Positions 1 through 15,100 are shown, counted from the first letter of the stretch. The stretch is 64,000 nucleotides of DNA from Antedon mediterranea (GCF_964355755.1 NC_092670.1:24972795-25036794); one strand, 5' to 3'. A program made the numbers and translations. Notes: generated by a model from the letters alone, not told the origin.

Positions 1-128
1 TTTCAAATATCTGTATTATAGGTTATGATAGGATAACATTACTTAAAATAAACAGTGTTACTGGGTAACTAGGGTAAAACCAGTATATCTGACTCTACCT
101 CAGCTAATAGTTACATGAATATACTTAC

Positions 129-3100
129 TTCATCCACTCCTCTTGTAAACAGACCAAATATGTCAGTACAACTTCAGGAGTAAAATGTGAGCTGTCTAAA
201 ATGCTTTCTATCTTTGCTAAAATCGTAGGTCCTGCAATTAAATGAAGAACTTTTTATTGTAAAAAGAAAATTAGAACAAATTTGTATGGTCAAACTTTTT
301 TCCCATCGTCATAAGGCTTTATAATAACTACACAGGTTACTAATTTGAATTGTACATTTTTCATATTTTTATTATGTATATGATTTCTTTTTACTTTTTT
401 ACTAAAGATATGCATATGTTTTTATCATATGCCAAATGAGTTACCCATGTGGAATAATACAGTTTTGAATTTGTACAGAAGTCAAAGGTCACAGATATCT
501 TAATACAGTATTTACCTTTGTCAGGCAGTGGTTGGCTGCTTGTCATATTAATACCATAGCCATGGAATGGGCTGTCCTCAGTAACACATAACCTGTTGGA
601 GTTTGTTGGACACATATCAGGAGAGAGGACATCAAGAAGGATGTATTGTTCATTTTCGATGACATGTGGAGGAAGTCCAGTAAATGGCGGAAGGCCGAGA
701 AAGTTACAACTCCATGAGGGCTGATACTTCTCACTAAATGGTACTAATTTACAACAGCCATTAGGTAATATACTCTGTAATAGACAAGAAATAAATGTTA
801 TGGTGTACATCAGTTTTTTCATACATAACCACGTTTTGAGTATAACTCAGACATGGACTTCTTTTAATGTGGAATTTTCGATTTGAACATACACCACGTC
901 GACTGATACCCTATGATATGTGCAAGTCAACTGCCATGTTGACTTCCAAATTTTAGAACTTGTGACACGTTATTTCGCTCTCTGAACTAAGTCGACTTAT
1001 GATGTCTTAACACTGCAATTACCAACATTCATCTGTCCACAATGACAGGACTAAGATGTCTGAAAGATGCACTTTAAATGGTACCATATTTAAATAAATT
1101 CCTACGGCTTATTATACTTACTTTCAGTATATTCAATAATGAGTTTATTGTGTTAAGATGCTGCGATCTGACAATGATCTGATTACCAATCAAAACATGA
1201 TGGGCCAAATCATGGAAATTCAGACTACCAAAAACCTAATTTACAGAAAACAATTTTAGACAAAAATAAATTTGATGAATCAGAAAATGATAAAGTTGAA
1301 AACATTCTGAGAGTAAACTTGAAAGTCAAAACTCTTCTGTTTTCTACTTTCAATAGATTTGTAAAACCAGACATATGACGGGGACCGAGGTTCCCAATAT
1401 CAGTTTAAAAATTGTAATGTTGAATTGTTGGTCTACCTTTCTAAGGTCTTGTAATGAAGTAAAAACAGGTCCATTGTCATTGCACGGTTCTTCTACAATT
1501 AACGGATTTGCCATCTCAATGGGTATGTGCTGAAGGAACTCCTCTTCATTTGGAGGTGTTTCAGTCTCTGCTTCCTTTAGCTTTGTTTCAACTTTGATAA
1601 ATCCTTCCTCAGTTTCTAATATATAGAATGAAATAATTTTCTAAAAATCTCAATTTCATTTTATTTGATTTGTAAGAGTTCAAATTGGTGCAGATTCTGT
1701 AACAGAAAGGTTTCTGTAACACTGATGTTTTCTGTAATCACCAGGATGGGTTCCGTATTACACCAGGATTTTTCTGGCAACTGATGAGGGTGATGATTAC
1801 GATATTCGTATGGCAACCATTAAGGTGTTATAATAATCATATAAATGACAAAATTAGTTTTCTTACCTTCTTCTTTATCTAAGTCTACAACGGTTTCTTC
1901 TTTTGGTGGGCCTTGCAAAACTTTTTCCACAATACGACTTGACCCCGTTTTTAACACCCAAGTAAACGTCATATGTATATACCTAAACAAATTCTTATCA
2001 TCTGTTAAGTCAGTCATAGACCTATAAGTACTACCACCACCACGTCGACGGAAAAACTGATCTTTCGTAAAAAACTCTTGACCCATTCGTTGCGCTCGTT
2101 GTGGCGTAGCTGTCTGCTCTTGTTCGTAAACTTTCACAGCTTTCGTTTGAAGTTCACCTATTAATGTACGTACATTTTTTACAATAAACGGCCAAGAATT
2201 AAGTAGGTATATTCGGTCCATCATAACAACAATAATACTGTAAAAACGTTGAAATCCGCGAGCCTTACTGTCTTTTATAAAGAAGGTGTAGCTGAATACG
2301 TATCCATGGTCATCATCACCAAAAAACACAGGTCCCTCACGTCCTTGGCATACCTGTAAAAAAGCAACAAATCATTGAAGAAAAAGTATGGCGACTTCAC
2401 AGAAAATGTATTGAGACCTCGGAAAAAAAGTATGGAGACCTCACAGAAAAGTATGGAGACCTCACTCACAAAAAAGTATTGATACCTCACAAAAAAAAAA
2501 AGTATGGAGACCTCGCAGAAAAGTATGGAGACCTCACAGAAAAAGTTTAGAGATCCCACAGAAAAGTATGGAGAACTTACAGAAAAGGTATGGAGATATC
2601 ACAGAAAAAGTATGGAGACCTAACAGAAAAAGTATGGAGAACCCAGAAAAAAAAGTATGGAGACCCCACAGAAAAAATAGGGAGACCTCACAGAAAAAGA
2701 ATAGAGTCCTCAAAGAAAAAGTTTGGAGTCCTCAAAGAAAAAGTTTGGAGACCCCACAGAAAAAGTATGGAGACATCACAGAAAAGGTATGGAGACCTAA
2801 CAGAAAAAGTATGGAGAACTCACTGAAAACTTTGTATGGAGACATCACAGAAACGTTATGGAGACCTCAAAGAAAAAGTATAGAGACCCCAGAGAAAAAA
2901 GTATGGAGACCCCACAGAAAAAAATAGGGAGACCTCACAGAAAAAGAATAGATTCCTCAAAGAAAAAGTTTGAAGTCCTCAAAGAAAAAGTTTGGAGACC
3001 CCACAGAAAAAGTATGGAGACATCACAGAAAAGGTATGGAGACATCACAGAAAAAGTATGGAGACATCACAGAAAAGGTATGGAGACATCACAGAAAAAG

Positions 3101-6100
3101 TATGGAGACCTCACAGAAAAAGTATGGAGACATCACAGAAAAGGTATGGAGACATCACAGAAAAAGTATGGAGACATCACAGAAAAAGTATGGAGACCTA
3201 ACAGAAAAAGTATGGAGACCCCACAGAAAAAGTATGGAGACATCACAGAAAAAGTATGGAGACCTCACAGAAAAAGTATGGAGACATCACAGAAAAAGTA
3301 TGGAGACCCCAGAGAAAAAGTATGGAGACCCCACAGACAAAATAGGGAGACCTCACAGAAAAAGTATGGAGTCCTCAAAGAAGTATAGAGACATCACAGA
3401 AAAAGTATGGAGATATTTGTATTTTTTACTTTCTCGATAAAAATGGTAAAAGAACATCATAATTTTTATCCCACATTATGGTTGATAAAAAGTCAATGAA
3501 TCTTTGGCAGCAAAAACAAATCTCCACCAATTTTGAAATATGCAATTTATTTGTCCTATGATTTATAAAAGATGTTTTTAGCAAAGACTTTGTTTACAGT
3601 AAAAGATTTATTATACTGTGTATACGGTACTGTATGTTCCATAACTTTTAATCTATTATGATACCACAGATTCTAAAAATAAACATTGCTTGCTTCCTTT
3701 TTCTGGATCACCAATTTTGAAGAGCAGTGTTCTGCATCACTGATTTTGAAATCATCATGTGACTCATTACTATAAAAATAGCTTAATACTGATCTTGTCA
3801 CACTTACAACCAACTTTTGTTTCATTGCTGGTGGAAAAGATAATAAATTATTGAAATGTTCAAAGTATTTTACATTTATTTATCAAATTCCTAAAATAAT
3901 GCCTAATTACTATTATTATAACACAATTACAGAGTTGTTGTACTTGCCAGCAAAAGAGGTCACATGACAGGAAGTAGTAGCAATTGGAAAAACCCACTTG
4001 GGTGTTGTGTACAGGAATATCGTAATGTATACTGTAGGATTTTGTTAATCAATAATTTTCAACAACTTTCTATTCATGTCTAGTTATTAATTGTAAAGGT
4101 AATTTAATTTTTTTTCTCTCTTTGGTTAGTTACTACTGTAAATAAAGGCATTTTTAAAAATTTGTTTACATTTCAAGAAACATTTACTGTACGGGTTATG
4201 ACCTTGAAGTATGTATAGTCCAACAGCGCATTTTATTTTTAAAATGTATAACATTTTTAGTCGCGTGGAAGCGACTCTATAGTTCACTAAGTCGGTCGGT
4301 CGGTCTGTCTGTCTGTCTGTCGGTCTGTCTGTCTGTCTGTCGGTCCGGTATCACTATGCGTTTTATCGCTTTATGACCTTATCTTGATATCAGTTTAATC
4401 TAGCTAAGTAAATTTTTCACAGAATATTCCTTATGGCCAGGAATCGATGTGGTTATGTTTTCACGGTGCGCAATAAAAAATTACGCGGTCTACGCACGAT
4501 TTAACGAAATCACGTTTGTAATCATATCTTAACAACCATGAATCACAATTAAATAAAATTTGGTACTCATAAATTTCAGGGCATAAATCATCATATGGCA
4601 ATACAATTACGTGCGTAGCACATGTAACGCATGCGTACGCGCGCTTAAAATTTTCAAAATTTATTTTCGATGAAATAAGAGTACGTTTCAGGCAATTTTA
4701 AGCGTTTACAAAATTGCCATGATTGCGCAGATTTTTGCGCGCGCACTGCGCGTTAAATGTTATTGCGCACACTTTTTGCCCGATTTCTGTTTTCTTGAAT
4801 TACTTTTCAACTCGAAATTACGTTATACGAGCACGTCAAATGTGACAGGCTACGCACGTGTAAATTAAAAAAAATATAAATGTTTTTAAACATTTCAACA
4901 TTTTTAAACATGTTCAGTAATTTCGGTCAGTATAGTTCACTATGTCGGTCGGTCCGTCTGTCTGTCGGTCTGTCTGTCTGTCGGTCTGTTTGTCTGTCGG
5001 TCCGGTATCACTATGCATTGCAGCACGCGACTTAGACCCCATTTACACTTCATCGACGATTTTTTAGCCGGCCCGAAGTCGGCCCGACGCCGGCTTTCTT
5101 TTTAGCCCGCAATGTGTTTACACTTACCCAAAAAGCCGGCCTCGGGCCCTTACTATTGCGTTTACACTTGCTCTCGCGGAAGAGTGCTCGATGATACGAT
5201 TTCGCTACAATCACGTCATATCCGCTCCTGTGCGTCTTAAAAAGTTAATATTATAAGCGTTATCAATCTACACTAGGCCTAGGCCTATCAACTTTATCAA
5301 AAAAGAATCAAATAACGGTATTTAATATGGATCAAAACAATTGTATTATTGCTTTACTACTAATGTTTGCGTCTCGTTTTCTAAAGAATAGTAGTAGATC
5401 ATACGCCTTTTTCACGAAACGGAAAACATCTTCGATCGATGATTCTTTACTCCATGATCGATGACAACACAAACAATGCCGTTCAACGAAGCGTAACCAA
5501 CAGAAATAACATAGCGTTTTCAGCCTATTTTCGGAGGACAAGTTACTTAAAAATTCGTAACTCCTCAACGGACAGTCGTATGGACAACATTTTTTACTGT
5601 AAAATGTTCTTTAAAGATTAGCCTATAGAACTGTGATTAAAAAAAATTTTATTTTTTTTTTTCACTTCTTAAGTACATCGAAAAAAACACCACAGTTTAT
5701 AAGCATAGGCGCCGCACATGGTGTCCTGAAATCCCCTGAAAACGCTATGTTATTTCTGTTGGTTACGCTTCGTTGCACACGGCATTGTTTGTCATAGATC
5801 GTGAAAAAGGCATCTTTACCAATTTAATTTCAATGAAGAATTTCCGATTCATCAGCAATAAGTTTCGTAAACTTAAAGCTATAGTTGACACAGAACGTTC
5901 ATTTTATGACCGCGAGTGTTTACACTATACGAAGTGCCGGCCCGAAGCCCGCAATTGCCGGCCCCCTGAAGCCTACTCTAGACTAGGCTCAAAATTGAGC
6001 CGGCTCGAGGCCGGCTCGGTTGTTCCCAGAGTGTTTACACTTGTGCACTTTTGGCTCGGAGCCGGCCTCGAGCCGGCCTCGGGCTCGCTAAAAGCTGAAG

Positions 6101-9100
6101 TGTAAATGGGGTCTAGATGGCTGTTGGCCTTGTTTCTATTACTATTAGCAATAAAACATGTTGCGTATTGTGTATGTACTATATGCATATCACCACACTT
6201 TCATTCACACTACATCCATCTCCATGACATTAAATTTATCCACCATGCATAGATAGGGCCCGTTTCTGCTGCCAACCCAAAATATACCGTATAAATATAC
6301 CGTATATATACCGTATATGAAATTCGTGCACCGTTTCCGCTGCACATACTTCGTGGGTGGGTTGTAAAAAAGTTGGCTTTCATTACCCAAAATGCATTTC
6401 GTGAGACGGAAGTATGGATTGACCTCGTGTGAGTGAGGTTTTTACAAAACAATGATGGTTCTCAAAACGTCGTAGCATTGCTTTCTATTTTAAATGTAAT
6501 GAGTAGAAGTAGCAACGAATTTACACCGCACATACAAGCACAATCTAGAAATGTCACTATAAATAAACTCTGTTATTCAAATTGAGTTTATATTATGCTA
6601 TATTATCCTATATTGCCGTTTTAATTTCCATTTTCTATTATACAGTATTTTACCATGATTTTACATCACGTTGTGTAAGAACATTCGATTTATTGTAATT
6701 AAAATCTTGGTATCGCTTCTGTTGCCATGCAGTCTTACCCCAACCTTCGCTTCCCCCCACAATTGAATTGCAAAAATAGTGATTTGTTCGGTCCACAGTG
6801 ACATTTTGATCTGTTGCTTGCTTTTACACGTGTGTTTCAACTTTCAATGCAGCAGAAAAACCAAAACAAACGCGTCGCTCTCTGTTAGTTTTTTACCTCG
6901 TGTCATGAGTCGGGTCACATTTACGGTATATTTTGAGTGCAGCAGAAACGGGGAACGAAATATACGGTATATTTTGGAATATACCGTATAATATCCACAA
7001 ACGATGGGGATATTTATGCAGTATATATACCGCAAATATATACGGTATATTTTTTATGAGACCCATTTCTGCTGCCAAAAAATATACCGTATATAAAATA
7101 TACCGTATATATACGGTATATTTTTGGCAGCAGAAACGGGGCCATAGGGAGCTTTCAATTTACGATGCCTGAAGACCTACACCTTGGCCTAGAAACCATC
7201 AAAACAAGGTAGGGAGAGTGGGAACATGTCCATATCCACACATGAACACAGTGAATAAACATGAAATACTTTGGTCGTTGCAAATTTAAAGCTCCCTAAC
7301 AAACTAAATGATCTAGTTTTACTGTAATTCTTACAGTTTCATCACAAGAAAACACCTTAATGTTAAATATTGTCATACAGTCCATTATTACACCAAACGT
7401 CCACATAATAACACTAGTTTTACTATTTTACAGATACATTTGTTTAATATGGCTACAAGCAAATTAAATCAGTTTCTTCAAGATGTTGATGAGGACTTAG
7501 TATGTTCTATTTGCCAGGAAAGGTTTCAACATCCTAAAAGTCTTCAATGTCTACATAGCTTTTGCTTGTCATGTTTAGAGAACTGGGTAAAAACAAACAA
7601 TGGCAAACTAACATGTCCAATGTGTTGCACATCATATCCTATTCCAGATGGCGGGCTTAAGAAGCTTCCACCAAATACATTTCTAAATAACATGTTAGAA
7701 AACATTGACAAATTTCAGAAGAAAGATAACATAAAATGTGTTTGTGGAACAACAGAACAGGCAATACATTACTGTAAAGAATGCAGACATTACTTGTGTT
7801 TCACATGTAGTAAGCAACATAACAAATTTCCAATGTTAGCAAGTCATGCACTACTTGCTGCAGGGGAAGTGCAATCAATGACGCCACAACAACTTGCAGC
7901 ATTAAATCCACCATTGTGTTCTTCTCACAACAAACCACTGGAGCTATACTGTACAAAATGTAAAGAACCAATATGCATCCACTGTGCAGTAACAGAACAT
8001 CAGGCAGTGGATCAAAATCATAAAACAATAGAAATTGTAAAAGCATTTGAATCATTTAAAGAATCTGCACAACAACTGAAATCAACAGCCCAACACTACA
8101 AAGGTAAACTAGAAAATGGACTCAAAGAGCTCACAGAGAATTCTAAAAAACTAAAAGAAAGTAAAGAAATGAGTATTAAAGATATCAATAATCAAGTTAA
8201 ACAAGTGAAACAAATAATCCAGAAAAAAGGAGATGAAATGAAAAAAAAAGTTGACACAATTTATGAAAATGAAAAGAAAACAAATGACTTAGAAATGGAG
8301 AAATTAAGAGCAATCACTGCTGAACTAGATACAAATGTAAGTTTCCTTAATCAGTCACTAAAGAGTGAACCAGCAACTGCCATGATGTCAAGTGAAATTG
8401 CATTGAATACACTGAAGGATCAAATGGATAATTCTGAAGAAATTAAACAAAATGACAATGGACAAATTAACTTCTTTGGAAACAAACATGAAATTGATTT
8501 GTTAAAACAACATGACATTGGAATTGTAACTCAAATTAATGTAAAGGTTCCTAAACATGTCATCCAAGGTGAAACAATTGTTGCAAAAATAAGAAAAACA
8601 CATCAAGTTGGTCCTAATCAACTTACAGCAACATGGACACATGCAACGGGATTAATCAAAATTGGTCAACTTGTTAAAAAAGATAATGAATATGTTATAA
8701 GAAGAGTATATAAGAATCCAGGAATCTGTACATTAAATGTGTATTTCAATGGTACCCCAATCAAACAATCACCATTTACTATCAACATAGAGAAGAAAGG
8801 ACTGGTAAATGATTTTGAAGTTGATGGGCAGCCTACAGGACTAGTAAAGTGTGCCGATGATTGCTTGCTGATTTCATCTTTCACAAATGAAATTCACAAG
8901 TACAAACAATCAGGAGAATGCATCAGTAAGATTACTCTACCAGAAGGTGTGCAAGTTTACAAAATGTACAAAATGAAGAATGACAACATAGCATTCAGTG
9001 ATGAAAACTGCATTAAAGTATGTGATATGAATGGTCTTCTGATAAAATCCATTGGGGAGGATGTATTGAATGATCCACGTAGTATTCACATAGATGAGGC

Positions 9101-12100
9101 AACAAATATTATTTATGTAGCAGATGGAAACACACAATGTGTGCTTATGTTTGACATCTATAGTGGTAAGGAACTGATGAAGATAGGATCACAAGAAGAA
9201 GTACAATATGGATACAATGATGTAACACTTACACAAACTGGGAAAGTGCTTGTAACAGATTGGGAAAATGGTCAAATTGTATTATATGATAATGAAGACA
9301 AGTCATTAAAAGTACTTATCAATGAAGGTGATGAAGATGGTAATGTGATAGAGCCACAAGGAGTTGTAGTTGATGAGGATGATAACATCATTGTATCAAG
9401 TCACCACAAACTACAACTATTCAGTAGTGATGGACATTTTATCAAAAGAATTGATCAGAAAGCAGATGGGATTAATGATCCAGAGCAGTTATGTATCATT
9501 TCATCAAACCCACGTAGAATTGCTATAGCTAATTATGGTGGCAGCAACATTAAAATATTCAACTACTAAAGTTGTCCTCAAATAAAAAATTCACATGAAT
9601 ATAATTGTCAACATGTAGGCTACTAAGTAAATCATTGATTCAGAATACCATTTGGATACTATTACTATATTATTAAACTAGTTACAGTAGATTAAATTAA
9701 TTTAAATGTTTTAATTATTAAAACAAATGTTTCATTGCTTTAGATTATACATAGGCCTAAAGTGATTATTATGTACATCCAGAAAATGATTTACATTGAA
9801 ATTAGGTTTATAATTTTATTGCATTATTGTAAATTCAAAGACTGATGCCTAAAAGTCATCATTGTACTATATTATTGCTATGGTTATTATCTATATAAAT
9901 TTACGTAAGGGCAAAATTCGGTAAATCGCGCCTTACTTCTATAATTTTTACTCGATGGTATATAATGTTGGTTCGTACTTTCGGTACTGATTTTAACCAC
10001 CTGATGTAATCCTGTTTACTAATTAAATTAAGTTAGATAATTAGTTATTGACGATTAAAACGAATTTAGGTTCAACGATTTGCCTCAAATAGGGGTGTTT
10101 TCCGACCGTGGTATACACTGTCTAATGGATGTCCATCTTGAAAAATACCCGCCACAAAAATTCGAGGAGGCTTCGCATTTTCCTATCTCCTCCTACGATA
10201 ATTGTTTTTAATAGCTGAAAACCGGTTGAACAGCTAGAGTACACCATCATAATGTTGAAGACAGGCCGATTTTCTTTAAAAAATACTATTTTGATAGATT
10301 TAATATACGATTATACAAATCTATTGATTTGCGATGAATGGAACATCCCAATCTCTCAGTCTGCCAGAGTTTGGTTTAACACAAGTACTGTAGGTAAATT
10401 TATGAGCCCTTGGTTTAACACATACGGTAGGTAAATATATGGGCCCTTTGAGAATAAACTTGCGAGATTGTGGATAGGCTCTACTGTTAGATATATAAAC
10501 ACATTATTATATACAAATAAACTTTATACTGACAGTTCTTTCTCAACGTTTGTATTAATTAATAATTACCAAATATAAACGTCGTAGTGGTGTATCGTGA
10601 CATGGTACTTTAATATTTCAATCGATTATGACAGTGACAGTTTTAACTAAACTAAATAAAGAATGTTCTCTAATATAATTCGGAATCTCTTGCCATACAC
10701 GGGGAAAATTAGTGTACAATGAATATTTAAAAGAAATAAATAAATAAATAAATAAAATAAAAAAAGTATTAAATCGCAAATGTTTTACTGTATTTAGAGG
10801 TATATTATTTATAGGCCTATAAAACATGAAAAAAATATTTCGTTACTGAGTGGATAAAGAATATATTTAAAAATTGTTCCTCTTTGTACCTATCCGCTTT
10901 CCCATCACTGAACCCTAATGTTACATACAAAACACAAATTGGGTTTCCTTAAATGAGTCTAAATCAAAAACTTGGACTCATTTTGTGATAAGTTTTTCCT
11001 TCGGAAGTAATTCCCAGGGTGCTAATTTTAGTTGACTACATAAATCATCGTGTCTATTTATTCGTTTCTGTAAACGACAATGTATATAGTCCTGCGGTAC
11101 GTACATTTGAAATCGCCAGTTTTGTTACGCTGAAATTCCTGTGTATTCGAGAACCATCTGTGGGCACGACCTAGATGGTACGCGAGCGAAGCGAGCGTAC
11201 CATCTAGTGATGTATAATTGATTGATTAAATAAAATTCCCTAAAAGTAATATTGGTACAATAATACACTAGTGATATGAAAGGCAAGGATGAGAAATAGA
11301 TTACATTGTTATTGCATCAAATATATACAACCTAATAACTGTCTTTCTTTTAAAACGTAAAACTTAATTTGAATTTTATCTGTGTATTTCAAGTTTAAAA
11401 AATGAGATATTTTAAAATTAGATTTATTTGTAGCTGTAGTGTTTTTTACAATAAATTCAGATGCATCTTCATAATATTTGTATCATTAAAAAGAATGATT
11501 GTCATCAAATAAAACAATAATAAAACAGTGGAATTGCAATACAAATGTTTTATTTCTTAGGAATGTTTCATGTTTCTATACTAGACTGTGAGTGGCAATT
11601 CTATGTCTGCTGTTGGTGAAATAATTAGACAATAAAAATGCATTACTAATAGTAATACAAAGTTTGTGTCCACATAAAAATTTATATTATTGTTATTAAA
11701 CAAAGAAACAGTATGGAGACCTCAAAGAAAAAGTATGAAGACCTCACAGCAAAGTATGGAGACCTCAAAGAAAAAGGAAGGAGACCTCAAAGAAAAAGGA
11801 AGGAGACCTCAAAGAAAAAATATGAAGACCTCACAGCAAAGTAAGGAGACCTCAAAGAAAAAGGAAGGAGACCTCAAAGAAAAAGGAAGGAGACCTCAAA
11901 GAAAAAGGAAGGAGACCTCAAAGAAAAAATATGAAGACCTCAAAGAAAAAGGAAGGAGACCTCAAAGAAAAAGGAAGGAGACCTCAAAGAAAAAGAAAGG
12001 AGACCTCAAAGAAAAAGTATGAAGATCTCAAAGAAAAAGTAATGAGACCTCAAAGAAAAAGAAAGGAGACCTCAAAGAAAAAGTATGAAGACCTCAAAGA

Positions 12101-15100
12101 AAAAGTATGAAGACCTCAAAGAAAAAGTATGAAGACCTCAAAGAAAAAGAAAGGAGACCTCAAAGAAAAAGTATGAAGACCTCAAAGAAAAAGTATGAAG
12201 ACCTCAAAGAAAAAGAAAGGAGACCTCAAAGAAAAAGTAATGAGACCTCAAAGAAAAAGTAAGGAGACCTCAAAGAAAAAGTAATGAGACCTCAAAGAAA
12301 AAGTAAGGAGACCTCAAAGAAAAAGTATGAAGACCTCAAAGAAAAAGTATGAAGACCTCAAAGAAAAAGTATGAAGACCTCAAAGAAAAAGTAAGGAGAC
12401 CTCAAAGAAAAAGTAATGAGACCTCAAAGAAAAAGTAAGGAGACCTCAAAGAAAAAGTATGAAGACCTCAAAGAAAAAGTAAGGAGACCTCAAAGAAAAA
12501 GTAATGAGACCTCAAAGAAAAAGTAAGGAGACCTCAAAGAAAAAGTAAGGAGACCTCAAAGAAAAAGTATGAAGACCTCAAAGAAAAAGTAAGGAGACCT
12601 CAAAGAAAAAGTAATGAGACCTCAAAGAAAAAGAAAGGAGACCTCAAAGAAAAAGTATGAAGACCTCAAAGAAAAAGTAATGAGACCTCAAAGAAAAAGT
12701 ATGGAGACCTCAAAGAAAAAGTAAGGAGACCTCAAAGAAAAAGTAAGGAGACCTCAAAGAAAAAGTATGAAGACCTCAAAGAAAAAGTAAGGAGACCTCA
12801 AAGAAAAAGTAATGAGACCTCAAAGAAAAAGTAAGGAGACCTCAAAGAAAAAGTAAGGAGACCTCAAAGAAAAAGTATGAAGACCTCAAAGAAAAAGTAA
12901 GGAGACCTCAAAGAAAAAGTAATGAGACCTCAAAGAAAAAGAAAGGAGACCTCAAAGAAAAAGTATGAAGACCTCAAAGAAAAAGTAATGAGACCTCAAA
13001 GAAAAAGTATGGAGACCTCAAAGAAAAAGTAAGGAGACCTCAAAGAAAAAGTAAGGAGACCTCAAAGAAAAAGTATGAAGACCTCAAAGAAAAAGTAAGG
13101 AGACCTCAAAGAAAAAGTAAGGAGACCTCAAAGAAAAAGTATGGAGACCTCAAAGAAAAAGTAATGAGACCTCAAAGAAAAAGTATGAAGACCTCAAAGA
13201 AAAAGTAATGAGACCTCAAAGAAAAAGTATGAAGACCTCAAAGAAAAAGTAAGGAGACCTCAAAGAAAAAGTAAGGAGACCTCAAAGAAAAAGTATGAAG
13301 ACCTCAAAGAAAAAGTAAGGAGACCTCAAAGAAAAAGTAAGGAGACCTCAAAGAAAAAGTATGGAGACCTCAAAGAAAAAGTAATGAGACCTCAAAGAAA
13401 AAGTATGAAGACCTCAAAGAAAAAGTAATGAGACCTCAAAGAAAAAGTAATGAGACCTCAAAGAAAAAGTATGAAGACCTCAAAGAAAAAGTAATGAGAC
13501 ATCAAAGAAAAAGTAAGGAGACCTCAAAGAAAAAGTATGAAGACCTCAAAGAAAAAGTAATGAGACCTCAAAGAAAAAGTAAGGAGACCTCAAAGAAAAA
13601 GTATGAAGAATTGATCAAGAAGAAGATGGAATTGATAATCCTGACCAGTTATGTATCATTTCATATCATCCACATAGAATTGCTGTAGCTAATTATGGTG
13701 ATAGCAACATTAAAACATTCAACTACTAAAGTTGTCCTCAAATAAATAATTCACATGAATATTATAATTGTTAACATTGATACAATTTCAATACTGTAAA
13801 TCATTAAACTGTAAAAATAAATATTACAGTAGATTTAGTTACTAATTCAGTGATAAATATAACTTTACTTTGAATTATTCATAACTTATTTACTGTGTGA
13901 TTAGTTATTAAAACAAATGGTCTGAGTTATTGCATTGCTTTAATCTCTGTCTACACTATCAAACTAGTTTGACAACAAAAGCCAAATATGGTAGTGATAT
14001 GACATCATCATGTCCAATCAGGGCACATCACATTTTTTTGTCAAATAAAGTATGATAGTGTAGACAGAGCTTTAGACATAAAGTGATTAATTATTATGTA
14101 CATTCAGAAAATTAATTACAATGAAATTAAGTTTATAATTTTATTGAATTATTGTAACTTCAAAGGAAATGACAGACTGATGCCTAAAAAAGTCATCATT
14201 GTACTATAATATTACTATGGTTATTATTATATGTTTAATTGATTGAATAAAGTTCCCATGGTGTAATACAATATAATACACTAGTGATATGAAAAATGTA
14301 GATGTATTAGTTACATTGTTATTGCATCAGATATATACAACCTTTATATAATAACTGTCTTTCTTTTCAAATGTAAAACTTAATTTTAATTTCAAATTTT
14401 ATCATCTGTGTATTTCAAGTTCAAAACAAGATATTTTAAACATAGATTTATTTGTAACTGTAGTGTTTCTAACAATAATTCATTTCAGATGCATCTTCAT
14501 ATTGTATATCCTTACAAAAATGATTGTTATCGAAAAAAACAATAATAAAAACAGTGGAACTGCAAATATATGTTATATTTCTTAAGAATGTTTTATGTAT
14601 CATATCTATGTACTAGACCGCCGTTCTGCAACCTATGGGTCGCAACCCAATGTTTGAGTCACGGAAAAAAATTAATGGGTCGCGAAAATGTTGGGTCGCA
14701 AGAATTCCCAAAATCGGATCATGGGTCGCGGTCAAAAAAGGTTGCGGAACGCTGTACTAGACTGTACAAGTTTTTTTCCACATTTATATTGAGTTACTGG
14801 TTGAGTTTGGAACTAAAGCAGGACATCCCCACACTAATGTACTGTACTCTATTCTACTAATATAAGAAGATGAACTATTCCTCATATGTTCACAGAAAAA
14901 GTATGGAGAAATCACAGAAAAAGTATGGAGACCTAAAGAGGAAAAGTATGGAGATCTCACAGAAAAAGTATGGAGATCTCACAGAAAAAGTATGGAGATC
15001 TCACAGAAAAAGTATGGAGACCTAACAGAAAAAGTATGGAGACCTCACAGAAAAAGTGTGGTGACCTCACAGAAAAAGACCTGAAATTGGTTAATGAGAA

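Noticed and set aside
2275-3440. Overlapping Lys/Arg-rich ORFs (also at 11690, 13428 and 14970)
   Set aside because: Translations of the 22-bp minisatellite in several frames; intronic, with no domain.
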